The notes: generated by a model from the letters alone, not told the origin. Counted from the first letter of the stretch, positions 1-9,964 are shown. The stretch: 64,000 nucleotides of DNA from an uncultured Alphaproteobacteria bacterium (GCA_963706215.1 OY970154.1:2190243-2254242), one strand, 5' to 3'. Translations and numbers: made by a program.

Positions 1-103
1 GGGGCCTTGCGAACCGCTTCGCCTGGCGTAAACTTGCTCGCGCGGGCGGTGGCCTTTATATGTCCGCGCGGCCGAGTGAAGAGCCCGCCGCTTAGAAACT
101 TCC

Positions 104-179
104 GCGCCCATCGTCTAGCGGTCTAGGACGTCGCCCTTTCACGGCGAAAACAGGGGTTCGATTCCCCTTGGGCGCGCCA
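104..179 (+). tRNA. tRNA-Glu (anticodon TTC)
   Basis: 76-nt cloverleaf: acceptor GCGCCCA/TGGGCGC, anticodon loop CTTTCAC, T-loop GGTTCGATTCC, encoded CCA. Confidence 0.98.
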
Positions 180-215
180 GCTAAATCTATGATATGACCA
201 CGCTCCGAGCCGATC

Positions 216-241
216 CGGCTGCCGCGGCACGGCAGCCGTTT
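216..241 (+). terminator. Putative terminator hairpin after tRNA-Glu
   Basis: Perfect 9-bp stem CGGCTGCCG/CGGCAGCCG with a 5-nt loop, followed by only TTT. Confidence 0.4.
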
Positions 242-387
242 GCCCGAGGGCGAACCGGCAAAATAACCAAAACCTGCTTCGACCGGGAGGAACCAATCCC
301 GTTGCCGCGCCACTAGCAAACCGAGGAAAGGCGATTAACTACGTTTGAGCGATCCGCGGAAATCATGAACAGGAAAGGGAGGAACTC

Positions 388-720
388 ATGGCAATCTATA
401 TCACCCAGGGTCGGTACACGCCCGATGCGGTCAAGGGCATGGTGGCCAATCCCGAAAACCGGGAGAAGGCCATCGCGGACCTAATGGAAAAAGCGGGGGC
501 CAAGCTACTTGCCCATTATTTCACTTTCGGCGAGTATGATTTCCTCTCGATAGCGGAGGCGCCGAGCGAAGAGGTCATGGCTTCCGCGCTCATCGCGGGG
601 GCGGCATCGGGCGGGATTTCCCACCTAAGGACGTCGGTCGCGATGACCGCCAAGGATGCCGTGAAGGCGTTTAAATCAGCCGGCGCCCTCAGCAAGTCAT
701 TCAAACCGCCGGGGCGGTAA
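388..720 (+). CDS. GYD domain-containing protein
   Basis: 110 aa with GEYD motif and the typical N-terminus (YITQGRYT...GMVANPENR); RBS GGAGG upstream. Confidence 0.85.
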   Translation: MAIYITQGRYTPDAVKGMVANPENREKAIADLMEKAGAKLLAHYFTFGEYDFLSIAEAPSEEVMASALIAGAASGGISHLRTSVAMTAKDAVKAFKSAGALSKSFKPPGR

Positions 721-743
721 CGAAACCTTGGGTTTAGGTCATT

Positions 744-1092
744 CCATGCTTATCTGGATGGTTGACATTTAGGTTTCCCATCTGACCGCTTCCTTGGAAA
801 CCGAGCGTCGTCAGCGTGGCACTCAGCCTGAGCGGCATCGGTTTGTTCGGTTTCGGCCTCTATCGCTTGCTGGCATCGTGAACAAACCGGAGTGAAGCTG
901 ACGCCGGGTGCGCCAATGATTGTTCCATCCTTAAGCCTCGTTCCCCATCGGACGTCGCCGCTCATTAATGGCTCGCCTTCCGGCCATTGGTGAGGCTGTA
1001 GGCCAATCCATGATTTAAAGCGTCCCCAAAATTGTCCACTGAGCAGCTCGCCAAGTTTCGTAGCCATTTGTCACCCATCCCGATAAGCATGG
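744..1092. mobile_element. 349-bp non-autonomous (MITE-like) element with 24-bp terminal inverted repeats and 6-bp target-site duplication
   Basis: 744-767 CCATGCTTATCTGGATGGTTGACA matches the reverse complement of 1069-1092 (CCATGCTTATCGGGATGGGTGACA) at 22/24. GTCATT lies directly outside both ends (738-743, 1093-1098). Confidence 0.8.
750..1067 (-). CDS. Hypothetical 105-aa ORF filling the inverted-repeat element
   Basis: ATG starts 2 nt inside the right repeat and the ORF ends within the left repeat; no recognisable motif. Confidence 0.35.
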   Translation of the reverse strand: MATKLGELLSGQFWGRFKSWIGLQPHQWPEGEPLMSGDVRWGTRLKDGTIIGAPGVSFTPVCSRCQQAIEAETEQTDAAQAECHADDARFPRKRSDGKPKCQPSR

Positions 1093-1093
1093 G

Positions 1094-1570
1094 TCATTCG
1101 GCTTTTTCGTCGCCCTCGGGGGTGAGTTTTCCGCGGCGCACGGAGCCAAGTTCGCCGGTGAATTGAAGGAGCCTTGCGCGCAGGGATTGCCGCAGCCGTT
1201 CCGCGCTGCCGGGAAACTCATGCAGGACACGATGGAAAAGCTGCCGTGAAATCCGCAGAACGGTCGAGGGTTCGCGCGCGATCGCCGTCGCGGGCCGCCG
1301 CGTTTGCGTCAGCAGCGCGAGATCGCCGATGAGCCCGGGCGGCCGGATGATCCGCGCCGCGGCGGCGCCATCGCCGGAGGCGTCCATCGCGATCGAGCCG
1401 GCGAGCACCACGAACCCGTCATTGGAAATCTCGTCGCGGCGAAACAAAACGTCGCCAGCGCGCAGAACACGTGTTTCGGCCGAAAAAGCAATCAACCGCA
1501 GCGCTTCGGGTTCGATCGCGGCAAACGCCGGAATGCGCGCGAGTTTGCCAACGTCGTCTTCCAATCCCAT
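1094..1570 (-). CDS. Cyclic nucleotide-binding (Crp-type cNMP) domain protein
   Basis: cNMP-domain pattern (LFRRDE...GFVVLAG...GDLALL...RPATAIA). ATG at 1570 preferred; an alternative TTG at 1600 overlaps the upstream stop. Confidence 0.85.
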   Translation of the reverse strand: MGLEDDVGKLARIPAFAAIEPEALRLIAFSAETRVLRAGDVLFRRDEISNDGFVVLAGSIAMDASGDGAAAARIIRPPGLIGDLALLTQTRRPATAIAREPSTVLRISRQLFHRVLHEFPGSAERLRQSLRARLLQFTGELGSVRRGKLTPEGDEKAE

Positions 1571-1596
1571 GCCGGCGTTCCCTGGCCGCAAGCCGT

Positions 1597-2283
1597 TCAA
1601 GGGATCAGCTTATAGCCGCCCGCCGCGGTGATGAGAAGCTGCGCTTTCGCCGGATCGCGTTCGATCTTCTGGCGAAGCCTGTAAATATGAGTTTCGAGGG
1701 TGTGGGTCGTGACATTCGCATTGTAGCCCCAGACTTCGCGCAACAACACTTCCCGGGAGATGACCGCCTGTCCGGCGCGATAAAGGAACCGCAGTATAGC
1801 GGTTTCCTTTTCCGTCAGTCGTAGCTTATTGCCTTTTTCGCCGATCAGATGTTTGGCGCCCGGCTGGAACGTATAAGGGCCGATCCGGAACAGCGCCTCT
1901 TCGCTCAACTCATGCTGCCGCAAATGCGCGCGGATCCGCGCGAGCAGCTCGGCGAAGCGAAACGGCTTTGTCACATAATCGTTGGCCCCGGCATCGAATC
2001 CCTCGACCGTGTCGGTTTCCGAATCATGCCCGGTCAGCATGATGACCGGGTTATTAAATCCTTCCTGGCGCAATTGCCTGACCGCCGCGCGTCCATCCAT
2101 ATCCGGCAAACCGACGTCCATGATGATGAGGTCCGGCGTCTGTTCGCGCGCCGTGTCAAGAGCGCCCCGCGCCGTATCCGTCTGAACGGCCACGAATTCT
2201 TCGTGCAAGGCGAGCTGCTCGGCCAGGGCCGCGCGCAAATCGGCGTCGTCGTCGGCAATCAGGATCTTAAGAGCCGTGGTCAT
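1597..2283 (-). CDS. OmpR-family DNA-binding response regulator
   Basis: Receiver domain (ILIADDD, IIMDVGLPD, YVTKPF) plus winged helix (THTLETHIYRLRQKIE); start trimmed to MTTALKIL. Confidence 0.93.
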   Translation of the reverse strand: MTTALKILIADDDADLRAALAEQLALHEEFVAVQTDTARGALDTAREQTPDLIIMDVGLPDMDGRAAVRQLRQEGFNNPVIMLTGHDSETDTVEGFDAGANDYVTKPFRFAELLARIRAHLRQHELSEEALFRIGPYTFQPGAKHLIGEKGNKLRLTEKETAILRFLYRAGQAVISREVLLREVWGYNANVTTHTLETHIYRLRQKIERDPAKAQLLITAAGGYKLIP

Positions 2284-2560
2284 GAACCTGTCCTTGATGA
2301 AGCGGGCTTCCCCCCGTTCAATACCCGGCACGGATTCATACTGGTTCCTCCGGCCGCGCGGCGCCGCCTCATATTGTGGCGGCGTTTCTACACGAAACTC
2401 CTTTGCTTTCCAGCGCTGCAGGCCCAACAACGCGCACTCTGCGTGAAGGCCGGAGCATTTCAACCGGGTCATGTTCGCCGCGCCGCGGATAATGCGCTAG
2501 AATGGAACGGTTCGATCGCACCGGCGAATCGCATTCAATCGTATGGAAGCATAGACTTGC

Positions 2561-3157
2561 ATGAAATTGATTGCAAAAAAACCGGCGAAATCTTTTGCGC
2601 GCGGGCACACGGAGGTCAAGCGTGGCCTAAGCCGCCTGGTGGCAACACGCTTGCCCCGCGAGTCTTACGCGCAAGAAATTCCTCTTGGCAGGTTTCACGC
2701 CGGGCCCGTCGTGGTTCGCTGCGCAATTGGGCGCGGGGGGATCAGGCAAGACAAGCGGGAGGGCGACCGCGCGACGCCTGGCGGAGCCTTTCGCCTTCTC
2801 GGCGGCTTTTTCCACCGCGACAGGGTTTTGCGTAAAGCTTGGGTTTTGCCGATGCGCCCGGCCGGGCCAAGCGACGGCTGGTGCGACGATCCTGAAAGCG
2901 CGCTCTACAACCGGCGCGTGGTGTTGCCTTGCCGGGCGAGCCACGAAAAACTCTGGCGCGCGGATCGCCTCTACGATCTTGTAATTATCCTAGATTACAA
3001 TATCCATCCGCGCCGCAAAAATCGCGGCAGCGCGATCTTTCTGCATTGCGCGCGGCCGGATTTCGCGCCGACCGGGGGCTGTATCGCGCTTCGCCTCGAC
3101 GATCTGCGCCGGCTGCTGCCACGTCTGTCGCGCAAGGCGGTGTTGACGATCAGGTGA
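2561..3157 (+). CDS. L,D-transpeptidase (YkuD-like) family protein
   Basis: KREGDRATPGG, GWCDD and GSAIFLH...PTGGC His/Cys motif; start uncertain. Confidence 0.85.
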   Translation: MKLIAKKPAKSFARGHTEVKRGLSRLVATRLPRESYAQEIPLGRFHAGPVVVRCAIGRGGIRQDKREGDRATPGGAFRLLGGFFHRDRVLRKAWVLPMRPAGPSDGWCDDPESALYNRRVVLPCRASHEKLWRADRLYDLVIILDYNIHPRRKNRGSAIFLHCARPDFAPTGGCIALRLDDLRRLLPRLSRKAVLTIR

Positions 3158-3179
3158 GGGTCCGTCGCGAGCCCAGATC

Positions 3180-4205
3180 TCAACCCCTGGCGGTCTTGCT
3201 TCGCGCGGTATGCGCGATCGTCCAGAGCGCCCGCGCGGCGAGCGATGCCCCAAGTTTCGGCTCTCGCCGTGCGCTGGCAACTGCCTCGGCGAGGGCGTCG
3301 ATCGTCCGGCCGAGACTTGGCCGCGTCCAAGCACGCAGATGCCGCTCGAAAGCGTCCTTTTGCTTGAACCCCGCGCCGGCGAAACCCGAGCCTTCGCGAG
3401 GCCCTTCCTCCGCGTCGCGCCGGGCGCGATGGAGATCCAGCGCGTGACGCAGCGCCGCCGCGAGCAGCGCATGATAATCGCTGGCTCCGGCGAAGATATG
3501 ACGCAGGCGCGAATCGAGCGCCGCGAAGCCGCCATCGAAGGCCGCGTCCACCGCCTCACCGGCAATGAGGTTCGATGCGTCGCAGACAATGGCCGCGACA
3601 TGATCGAGGGTGATTTCGCCCGCGCCATTCGCGTAAAGCACGAGTTTTTCAAGTTCGGAGCGAGTCGAAAGCCGGTCCTGGCCGAGCTGGGAAACGAGAA
3701 ACGCCTTGGCATCCTGGGCAATCGACAGGCCTGCCGCGCCAACCTTGGCATCGATCAATTGCGCGATGTCCGTGGCGGAATCGAGATAGCACTGGATCGC
3801 CGCGGCGTTTCTTTCGCGTTCGCAAAGTGTCCGCAAAGGCGCGTCCTTCTTCAACGCGCCGGCTTCGATGACGATCGTACAATCGCGTGGCGGCGCCCCG
3901 AGAACCGGCGCGAAGGCGGCAACAAATGTCTTGCCCTGCGCCGCGATCGAAATCGCCCGCCGGCCGCCGAACAGAGGAATGGTATTGGCCTCGTCGGCGA
4001 GCCGCGCCAAATCATTGGCAAGCTCGTCGCCGCCGATCCGCACGAGTTGAAAAGGGTTCTTAGGATCGTCGACCGCGCGGGAAATAATTTTCCGCGCCCG
4101 CTCGGCGACAAGCCCGGCGTCGGTTCCAAAGACGAGGTACAAATAAATATGCGGCGGCGGGCGGGCGAGAAAACGCTCGGCTTCGTGGCTTTTGACCGCG
4201 ACCAT
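3180..4205 (-). CDS. holA: DNA polymerase III subunit delta
   Basis: YLVFGTDAGLV, RSELEKLVLY, LFGGRR motifs; follows leuS-lptE as is usual. Confidence 0.93.
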   Translation of the reverse strand: MVAVKSHEAERFLARPPPHIYLYLVFGTDAGLVAERARKIISRAVDDPKNPFQLVRIGGDELANDLARLADEANTIPLFGGRRAISIAAQGKTFVAAFAPVLGAPPRDCTIVIEAGALKKDAPLRTLCERERNAAAIQCYLDSATDIAQLIDAKVGAAGLSIAQDAKAFLVSQLGQDRLSTRSELEKLVLYANGAGEITLDHVAAIVCDASNLIAGEAVDAAFDGGFAALDSRLRHIFAGASDYHALLAAALRHALDLHRARRDAEEGPREGSGFAGAGFKQKDAFERHLRAWTRPSLGRTIDALAEAVASARREPKLGASLAARALWTIAHTARSKTARG

Positions 4206-4210
4206 GCCGG

Positions 4211-4744
4211 CTATCCTCGCGCGGCTATCGCGGCCGCGACGCGGATGCGGATCTCATCGGCGAGCCTTTTCGCGTCGCGGATCTCGGCATCGCGCGCGGC
4301 ACGAAGACTGGCGAACCTTTAACTCGTCCGGTCGTAACTTGCAAGGACGGTCGCCTGACCCTTCGTGATCGGCTCGGTACCCCCGACCGGCATCAGACGG
4401 TAATCCGCGTTCACCACAACGTTCGCGGCGGTCGCATAGCCGCTCACCGTATCGAGCAAGGGAGTCTGTGTATTCTCCGTCACGGTCACAATAAGCCGGT
4501 ATTTCGGAGGCACCTGCGATCCGGTGCCGTTTAACGCGAAGATAAGCTCATCGCCGAGATAATGGCCGAGCCGGTTGGGGATCGGATCGACCGCGATGGC
4601 CTGCAATTCCGAAGCAACGTTGCCGCCCGCGCTAAGCGGCCCATAGAGCGGCTGGATGCAGCCGGAGAGGGCGAGGCCCATTAGGAGCGCGGCGAAGATG
4701 CGCGGGAGCGCCCGGCCATGCGGCCACAATTCAACCAACGACAT
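4211..4744 (-). pseudogene. lptE: LPS assembly lipoprotein LptE with an in-frame premature TAA at 4319-4321
   Basis: Lipobox LSGC; located between leuS and holA. The frame continues past the TAA for 35 codons of family-like sequence (RFASLRAARDAEIR...RIRVAAAIAARG) to TAG at 4211. Confidence 0.8.
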
Positions 4745-7376
4745 TGACGATCCTTTGCGGAACGATGATGATTTTTTTCACGGGCCTGCCGTCGAGCGCG
4801 CGGCGGACCGGATCGAGCGCGAGCGCGGCGGCCTCGATCGCCGCCCTGCCGGCGCCGCGCGCAACAACGAGATCCGCCCGCTTGCGCCCATTGACCTGGA
4901 CCGGCAGCGCGATCGTATCCTCGACAACAAGAGCCCGGTCCGCGACGGGCCAGGCCGCCTCGGCCGCCAAATCCGCATGGCCGAGCAGCGCCCAGCATTC
5001 CTCGGCAAGATGCGGCATCATCGGCGCAATCATCAGCACGAGAATTTCGGCGGCTTCGCGGAAGGCGGCGCGGATGTCCTCCCCGGTATTCGTGGTCTCG
5101 ATCGCGCCGATCGCCGCCGAAAGCTTGTTCGCCAAATCGTGCACTTGCGCGACGGCACGGTTGAACCGCAGCCGCTCAATGTCTTCCTCGAGTTTGATCA
5201 GGCTCATGTGGACCGCCCGGCGGATTTCTATCGCGGCCCGAGACGGATTTCTGGGCGCGGGCGTGCCGACGGGCGCGGCGAACATAGCGAGTTCGCTAAC
5301 GAGCCGCCATAGGCGCTGGACGAATTTCGCGGCGCCTTGCACGCCCTCCTCGGTCCAGATGACATCGCGCTCGGGCGGCGAATCCGAAAGCACGAACCAG
5401 CGCGCGGTATCGGCGCCATGGGCCGATATAATGTCGTCCGGATCGACCGTGTTGCGCTTCGATTTCGACATTTTTTCGATCGCGCCAATCGTGAGTTCCT
5501 CGCCGTTATCGATCCTAAAAGCCTGCCGAAAAGGCCCTAAGCTGCCGTGGAAATGGTAATCAAATTTGACTTCCGCCGGGGAAAACCACGTGCCGTCCTT
5601 GTCACGATAGGTCTCGTGCACGACCATGCCTTGCGTGAAGAGCCCGGCGAAAGGCTCCGTCAAGGCGCCCACATAGCCCGCCGCCTGCATCATGCGGGTG
5701 AAAAACCTTGCATAGAGCAGGTGCAAAATCGCATGTTCGATGCCGCCGATATATTGATCGACGGGCAGCCACTTTTGCACCAATGCGGGAGTGGTTGCCG
5801 ACGCGTCGTTCCACGGATCGGTGAACCTTGCAAAGTACCACGAGGAATCGACGAACGTATCCATCGTGTCGGTCTCGCGAAGCGCCGGGCCGCCGCAAGC
5901 GGGACAGGGAACATGTTTCCAGGTGGGATGCCGGTCGAGCGGATTGCCCGAGCCCTCGAAAGACACATCCTTTGGCAATTCGACCGGCAGGTCGCGCGCG
6001 GGAACCGGCACCACGCGGCAGGCCTCGCAATGGACGACCGGGATCGGACAACCCCAATAGCGCTGCCGCGAAATCCCCCAATCGCGCAGCCGGTAATTGA
6101 CCTCGCGTCTGGCTTGCGGCCGGTTGCCAAGGCGTTTTGCTTCGAGGCGCCGGGCGACTTCTTCTTTTGCCGCTTGCGTCGTCATCCCATCGAGAAAGCG
6201 CGAATTGATCAACACGCCATCGCCTTCATAAGCGGTGGCGCCGATCGTGAACGTTGCTGGGTCCTCGCCCGCCGGGCAGACAACAGGAGTATTGCCAAGG
6301 CCATATTTGTTGGCGAAATCGAGGTCGCGCTGATCATGCGCCGGGCAGCCGAAAATCGCGCCGGTGCCATAGTCCATCAAAACAAAATTGGCGGCGTATA
6401 CCGGCAGACGCCATTCCGGATCGAAGGGATGCGACGCCTTGAGCCCCGTATCGTAGCCCTTCTTTTCCGCCGTTTCGATCGCCGCCGCGGACGTGCCACC
6501 ATGATGGCATTCGGCGATGAAGCCCGCCAGCCCCGGGTCGTTCCGCGCAACCTCCGCCGCCAGGGGATGATCGGCGGCGATCGCCACGAACTTGGCGCCG
6601 AACAGCGTGTCGGCCCTTGTCGTATAGACTTCGATCTCGCGCGCGGCAACGTTCCGCGCAGGCTCGAGTTCGAAGCGCAAAGCGAGACCTTCCGAGCGGC
6701 CGATCCAATTCGCCTGCATCAGCCGGACCTTTTCCGGCCAGCGGGGAAGATCGTCGAGGGAGGCCAAAAGATCCTCCGCGAAGTCAGTGATCTTGAAAAA
6801 CCATTGGGTCAGCTCGCGCTGCTCGACAAGCGCGCCGGAGCGCCAGCCGCGCCCGTCGATCACTTGCTCATTGGCAAGCACGGTATGATCGAGCGGGTCC
6901 CAATTGACCTTGGATTTTTTGCGAACGGCGAGACCCGCGTTGAGGAAATCCAAAAACATCTTTTGTTGATGCTTGTAGTAGGCGGGGTCGCACGTCGCGA
7001 TCTCGCGCGACCAATCGAGCGAAAGGCCCATCGCCTTCAATTGGTCGCGCATTGAAGCGATATTGAAATAGGTCCAGTACGCCGGATGGTTCTTGCTGTG
7101 CCAGGCGGCGTTCTCGGCCGGCATGCCAAAGGCGTCCCAACCCATCGGGTGCAGCACGTTAAATCCGCGCGCGCGCTTATAGCGGGCAATCACATCGCCC
7201 ATCGTATAATTGCGGACATGGCCCATGTGGATGCGGCCGGAAGGATAGGGAAACATTTCTAGGACGTAATATTTTTCGCGCGGGTCATCGTTCCGCGCGC
7301 GGAAGATTTCCCTTTCCTCCCAAATCCCTTGCCATTTGGGTTCTGCTACGCGGGCGTTATAGCGCTCAGAGTCCAT
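4731..7376 (-). CDS. leuS: Leucine--tRNA ligase
   Basis: 881 aa; [13 protein letters not shown] (HIGH) and KMSKS motifs. Confidence 0.99.
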   Translation of the reverse strand: MDSERYNARVAEPKWQGIWEEREIFRARNDDPREKYYVLEMFPYPSGRIHMGHVRNYTMGDVIARYKRARGFNVLHPMGWDAFGMPAENAAWHSKNHPAYWTYFNIASMRDQLKAMGLSLDWSREIATCDPAYYKHQQKMFLDFLNAGLAVRKKSKVNWDPLDHTVLANEQVIDGRGWRSGALVEQRELTQWFFKITDFAEDLLASLDDLPRWPEKVRLMQANWIGRSEGLALRFELEPARNVAAREIEVYTTRADTLFGAKFVAIAADHPLAAEVARNDPGLAGFIAECHHGGTSAAAIETAEKKGYDTGLKASHPFDPEWRLPVYAANFVLMDYGTGAIFGCPAHDQRDLDFANKYGLGNTPVVCPAGEDPATFTIGATAYEGDGVLINSRFLDGMTTQAAKEEVARRLEAKRLGNRPQARREVNYRLRDWGISRQRYWGCPIPVVHCEACRVVPVPARDLPVELPKDVSFEGSGNPLDRHPTWKHVPCPACGGPALRETDTMDTFVDSSWYFARFTDPWNDASATTPALVQKWLPVDQYIGGIEHAILHLLYARFFTRMMQAAGYVGALTEPFAGLFTQGMVVHETYRDKDGTWFSPAEVKFDYHFHGSLGPFRQAFRIDNGEELTIGAIEKMSKSKRNTVDPDDIISAHGADTARWFVLSDSPPERDVIWTEEGVQGAAKFVQRLWRLVSELAMFAAPVGTPAPRNPSRAAIEIRRAVHMSLIKLEEDIERLRFNRAVAQVHDLANKLSAAIGAIETTNTGEDIRAAFREAAEILVLMIAPMMPHLAEECWALLGHADLAAEAAWPVADRALVVEDTIALPVQVNGRKRADLVVARGAGRAAIEAAALALDPVRRALDGRPVKKIIIVPQRIVNVVG

Positions 7377-7499
7377 GTGCTTTTGATCGTCGATCGCTTC
7401 GGTGAGCTGGCCTATATGTGAGGCCTACACAGCATTAATTAACGGACTCGGTCAATCTTTCCGCTCCCGAAGTGTGGGTCAGCAAGCCGAGCAAAATTC

Positions 7500-7536
7500 T
7501 TGCATATTCGCGGATTGTAGCTACAATGTAGGTACA
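7500..7536 (+). promoter_or_regulatory. Sigma70-type promoter with overlapping palindromic operator for the TA operon
   Basis: TTGCAT-N16-TACAAT; perfect 14-bp palindrome ATTGTAGCTACAAT (7514-7527) over the -10 box, then an imperfect copy TGTAGGTACA (7527-7536). Confidence 0.65.
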
Positions 7537-7549
7537 AGGAGTGTTTGTC

Positions 7550-7810
7550 ATGGCAACAGATACGACTGTACGAGCCAGAATTGACGCGCGGGTTAAAAAG
7601 GAAGCCGCCCGCGTTCTCGAAGACATGGGCCTTTCGGTTTCCGACGCCATCCGCATGATGTTGGTGCGCATCGCCGCTGAGAAGGCCCTGCCATTCGAGG
7701 TCAAGGTAGCGAACGCCGTCACCGCCCGAACGCTACGCAAGGCCGACCGGGGCGAGGATTTGGTGCGATCCAAGAATGCCGCCGATCTGTTCGGCAAACT
7801 CGGGATTTGA
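7550..7810 (+). CDS. RelB/DinJ-family antitoxin
   Basis: VRARID...AARVLEDMGLSVSDAIRMMLVRIAAEKALPFEV; RBS AAGGAG. Confidence 0.92.
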   Translation: MATDTTVRARIDARVKKEAARVLEDMGLSVSDAIRMMLVRIAAEKALPFEVKVANAVTARTLRKADRGEDLVRSKNAADLFGKLGI

Positions 7811-7890
7811 TGCGGACGCCGGTTCATACCGGGCAGTTCCGCCGCGACATCCGCCGCGCCCAAAGGTGGGGAAAAGACATGTCGAAGCTG
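7810..7890 (+). pseudogene. YafQ/RelE-family toxin, N-terminal remnant only
   Basis: ATG overlaps the antitoxin stop. MRTPVHTGQFRRDIRRAQRWGKDMSKL matches the YafQ N-terminus; similarity is lost after about 27 codons. Confidence 0.75.
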
Positions 7891-7908
7891 CCGTATCGAC
7901 CGAGGCAG

Positions 7909-7932
7909 GGGCCGCCTTCAGGCGGCCCTTTG
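7909..7932 (+). terminator. GC-rich hairpin, probable terminator
   Basis: GGGCCGCC-TTCA-GGCGGCCC followed by TTTG. Confidence 0.5.
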
Positions 7933-8351
7933 TGCGACTGTCTGCGGGGCGTCGAGCCTGTCGTTTGCGAACTAACTGCGAATGGACGTGCTCACATTTA
8001 TTCCGATGAAGTCTTCCGAATTTTGGCCAAAGCCCGAATACGAGCTTGCTCAGCCCTTTCTGCCGCCCATTGTGCTTCGTCACGTTGACGCTCCCAATAG
8101 TCCACTAACGCCTGTGGCAAAAGTTCATCCGTGAACCGACTCAAGTCTTCTGACCAATAGCTCGCAAATTCCTTTTTGGTGTCACGAAGCATTTCGCGCA
8201 GCCCTTTAGCGTCATCTGCGTAATCCTGCGCAGCATCTTCGAGACGCTCTTTCATGTCATCAACATATGACATGAGGTTTTCGCTCAGCGTGTTGATAAG
8301 ATCAAAGGATTCTTCGCGCGGCAGTTCATGAAATCTTTTTGTGTGGGTTAG

Positions 8352-9569
8352 CCCGGTACTAGACGCGGTTGGATAAGGCATTGAGATGATTCATAAAGGC
8401 GATTCTTTTCGGCAAGAGAAGGATCGCCTAGATGCAACCATTATTCTCGAATGCCCTATCCAAGGCCGTAGAAAATCACATCAAATTGTCGGACACAAGG
8501 CGTGAGACGCTGGCGTGGCTGGCGCTATTGATCATGCAGCAAGGCACGATCTGCCTGTGGCGGTTGGCGGCGTATGTCGCGAGCCCGGCGCAAACAGATT
8601 CCGTGCGGCGGCGGTTCTATCGATTTTTCCAGCATGTCAAACTGGACGGCGCGGCGGCCGCGTGCGTGGTCGTCGATCTTTTGGGACTTTCCGGCAAGCC
8701 TTGGGTTCTGGCCGTGGATCGGACCAACTGGGAGTTCGGTAAAACGACGATCAACATCCTGATGGTTTCGGTGATCTGGAACGGCATGGGGATACCTCTG
8801 ATATGGACGCTGCTGCCAAAGGCGGGGAACTCGAACACACTTGAGAGAACCGGTCTTCTGGATCGTCTGCGTGCTGTGTTTCCAGACCTGAAGATCGCCT
8901 CGCTCATGGGCGACCGCGAGTTCATTGGCGACGTATGGATGGCTTACCTGCATGAGGCGAAGATCCCGTTCATTCTGCGGCTGCGCGAGAACCAACATGT
9001 CGTGCGCGAGGGCTACGAGACATGGACGATCGCCAACATTGCGCGGCATCTGAACAAAGGCCAGAAAACGATCCTCAAAGGCGCTTGCCGGCTTGGGCAA
9101 AACGGGCAGGCGCCGTCGCCACCCATACGGCTCGCGATCATGCGGATCGCCTCGGGCGAACTTTTGGCGCTGGCCTGTTCCAGCAAGCCGCATCATGCGC
9201 TGGCCCGCTATCGCCAGCGATGGACCATCGAAACCATGTTTGGCAACCTGAAAACCAAGGGCTTCAATCTGGAGGACACGCATCTGACCAACGCCGATAA
9301 GCTGTCCACCCTCTTGGCGTTGCTGGCTTTGGCCGTGGCACTTTCCGTTAAAACAGGTGTGGCGGCGGCGCGGCGGCGGTCAATCCCCATCAAAAAACAC
9401 GGCCGCCGGGCGTGGTCGCTGTTTGCCCTCGGCCTATCCGCGTTGCGGAAAATCTTCGCCGCCGCAAATCCTCCCCAAATAAGCGCTTTCCTCACCCAAC
9501 TCCTGTCCCCGAAACTCCAACTCAACTCACTGAAATATCTGGCACACTGAAAGTGAGTTTAGTACGATG
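8352..9569 (+). mobile_element. Complete IS4-family insertion sequence, 1218 bp, with 9-bp target duplication GTGGGTTAG
   Basis: TSD at 8343-8351 and 9570-9578; imperfect terminal repeats sharing GTACTA(G/A)AC. The right end is confirmed by where the second copy at 61316-61522 diverges. Confidence 0.93.
8432..9550 (+). CDS. IS4-family DDE transposase
   Basis: 372 aa; DRTNW, DREFIG and the IS4 Y-2-R-3-E-6-K signature YRQRWTIETMFGNLK. Confidence 0.95.
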   Translation: MQPLFSNALSKAVENHIKLSDTRRETLAWLALLIMQQGTICLWRLAAYVASPAQTDSVRRRFYRFFQHVKLDGAAAACVVVDLLGLSGKPWVLAVDRTNWEFGKTTINILMVSVIWNGMGIPLIWTLLPKAGNSNTLERTGLLDRLRAVFPDLKIASLMGDREFIGDVWMAYLHEAKIPFILRLRENQHVVREGYETWTIANIARHLNKGQKTILKGACRLGQNGQAPSPPIRLAIMRIASGELLALACSSKPHHALARYRQRWTIETMFGNLKTKGFNLEDTHLTNADKLSTLLALLALAVALSVKTGVAAARRRSIPIKKHGRRAWSLFALGLSALRKIFAAANPPQISAFLTQLLSPKLQLNSLKYLAH

Positions 9570-9964
9570 GTGGGTTAGAACAATCTTACGGTCGAAAGCG
9601 ACTATGTTATCAAAATTGGCCGCGCCTGTTCTCTTGAGGATTGCTGCTGGAACATCCTTCACAGCGACATGGGATCGCGTGTCGCCTACGACATCGACGA
9701 CGCCCCAAACGTCGAAGGTCTGCCCGATGAGCGCGAGATATGGTTTTCCCTCTTTGAACTGCAAGGATTCGTAAGAAATCCTCGCCGAATTTGGCGTAGT
9801 CGGTGTAACGTCTATTGTAGGCGAACTGTTTGGCGCCACTGATGCTGTCATTTGGGGAACTGGCCTCTTAAAAAGGTCGGATAGTTCCATTTGCTTGTCC
9901 TTTGCTCGGCCAAACAGCGGTTTCAGAAAAGATGGCCGCAAACGGTAGTGCGAGACCCGGATGC

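Larger units (their letters stand above)
7998..9890 (-). pseudogene. Unknown ~221-aa protein gene split by the IS4 insertion (5' part 9890-9570, 3' part 8351-7998)
   Basis: Both halves read the target duplication in the same frame as L-T-H. Removing the IS restores ...RKIVLTH|TKRFHELPREE...; ATG at 9890 has RBS AAGGA. Confidence 0.85.

Noticed and set aside
300-360. Possible c-di-GMP-I riboswitch before the GYD gene (GCAAACC...GAAAGG)
   Set aside because: The second conserved element (GGGACGCAAAG-like) and the P1 pairing are missing.
104-1100. Integrative element at tRNA-Glu (also checked tRNA-Asn and tRNA-Cys)
   Set aside because: I saw no duplicated tRNA 3' end and no adjacent integrase.
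3210-7055. Long antisense ORFs (e.g. 3210-4322, 5547-7055; likewise 15017-16351, 27951-29852, 50715-51158)
   Set aside because: Shadow frames of GC-rich genes on the opposite strand or in-frame upstream run-ons; Arg/Gly/Ala-rich with no motifs.
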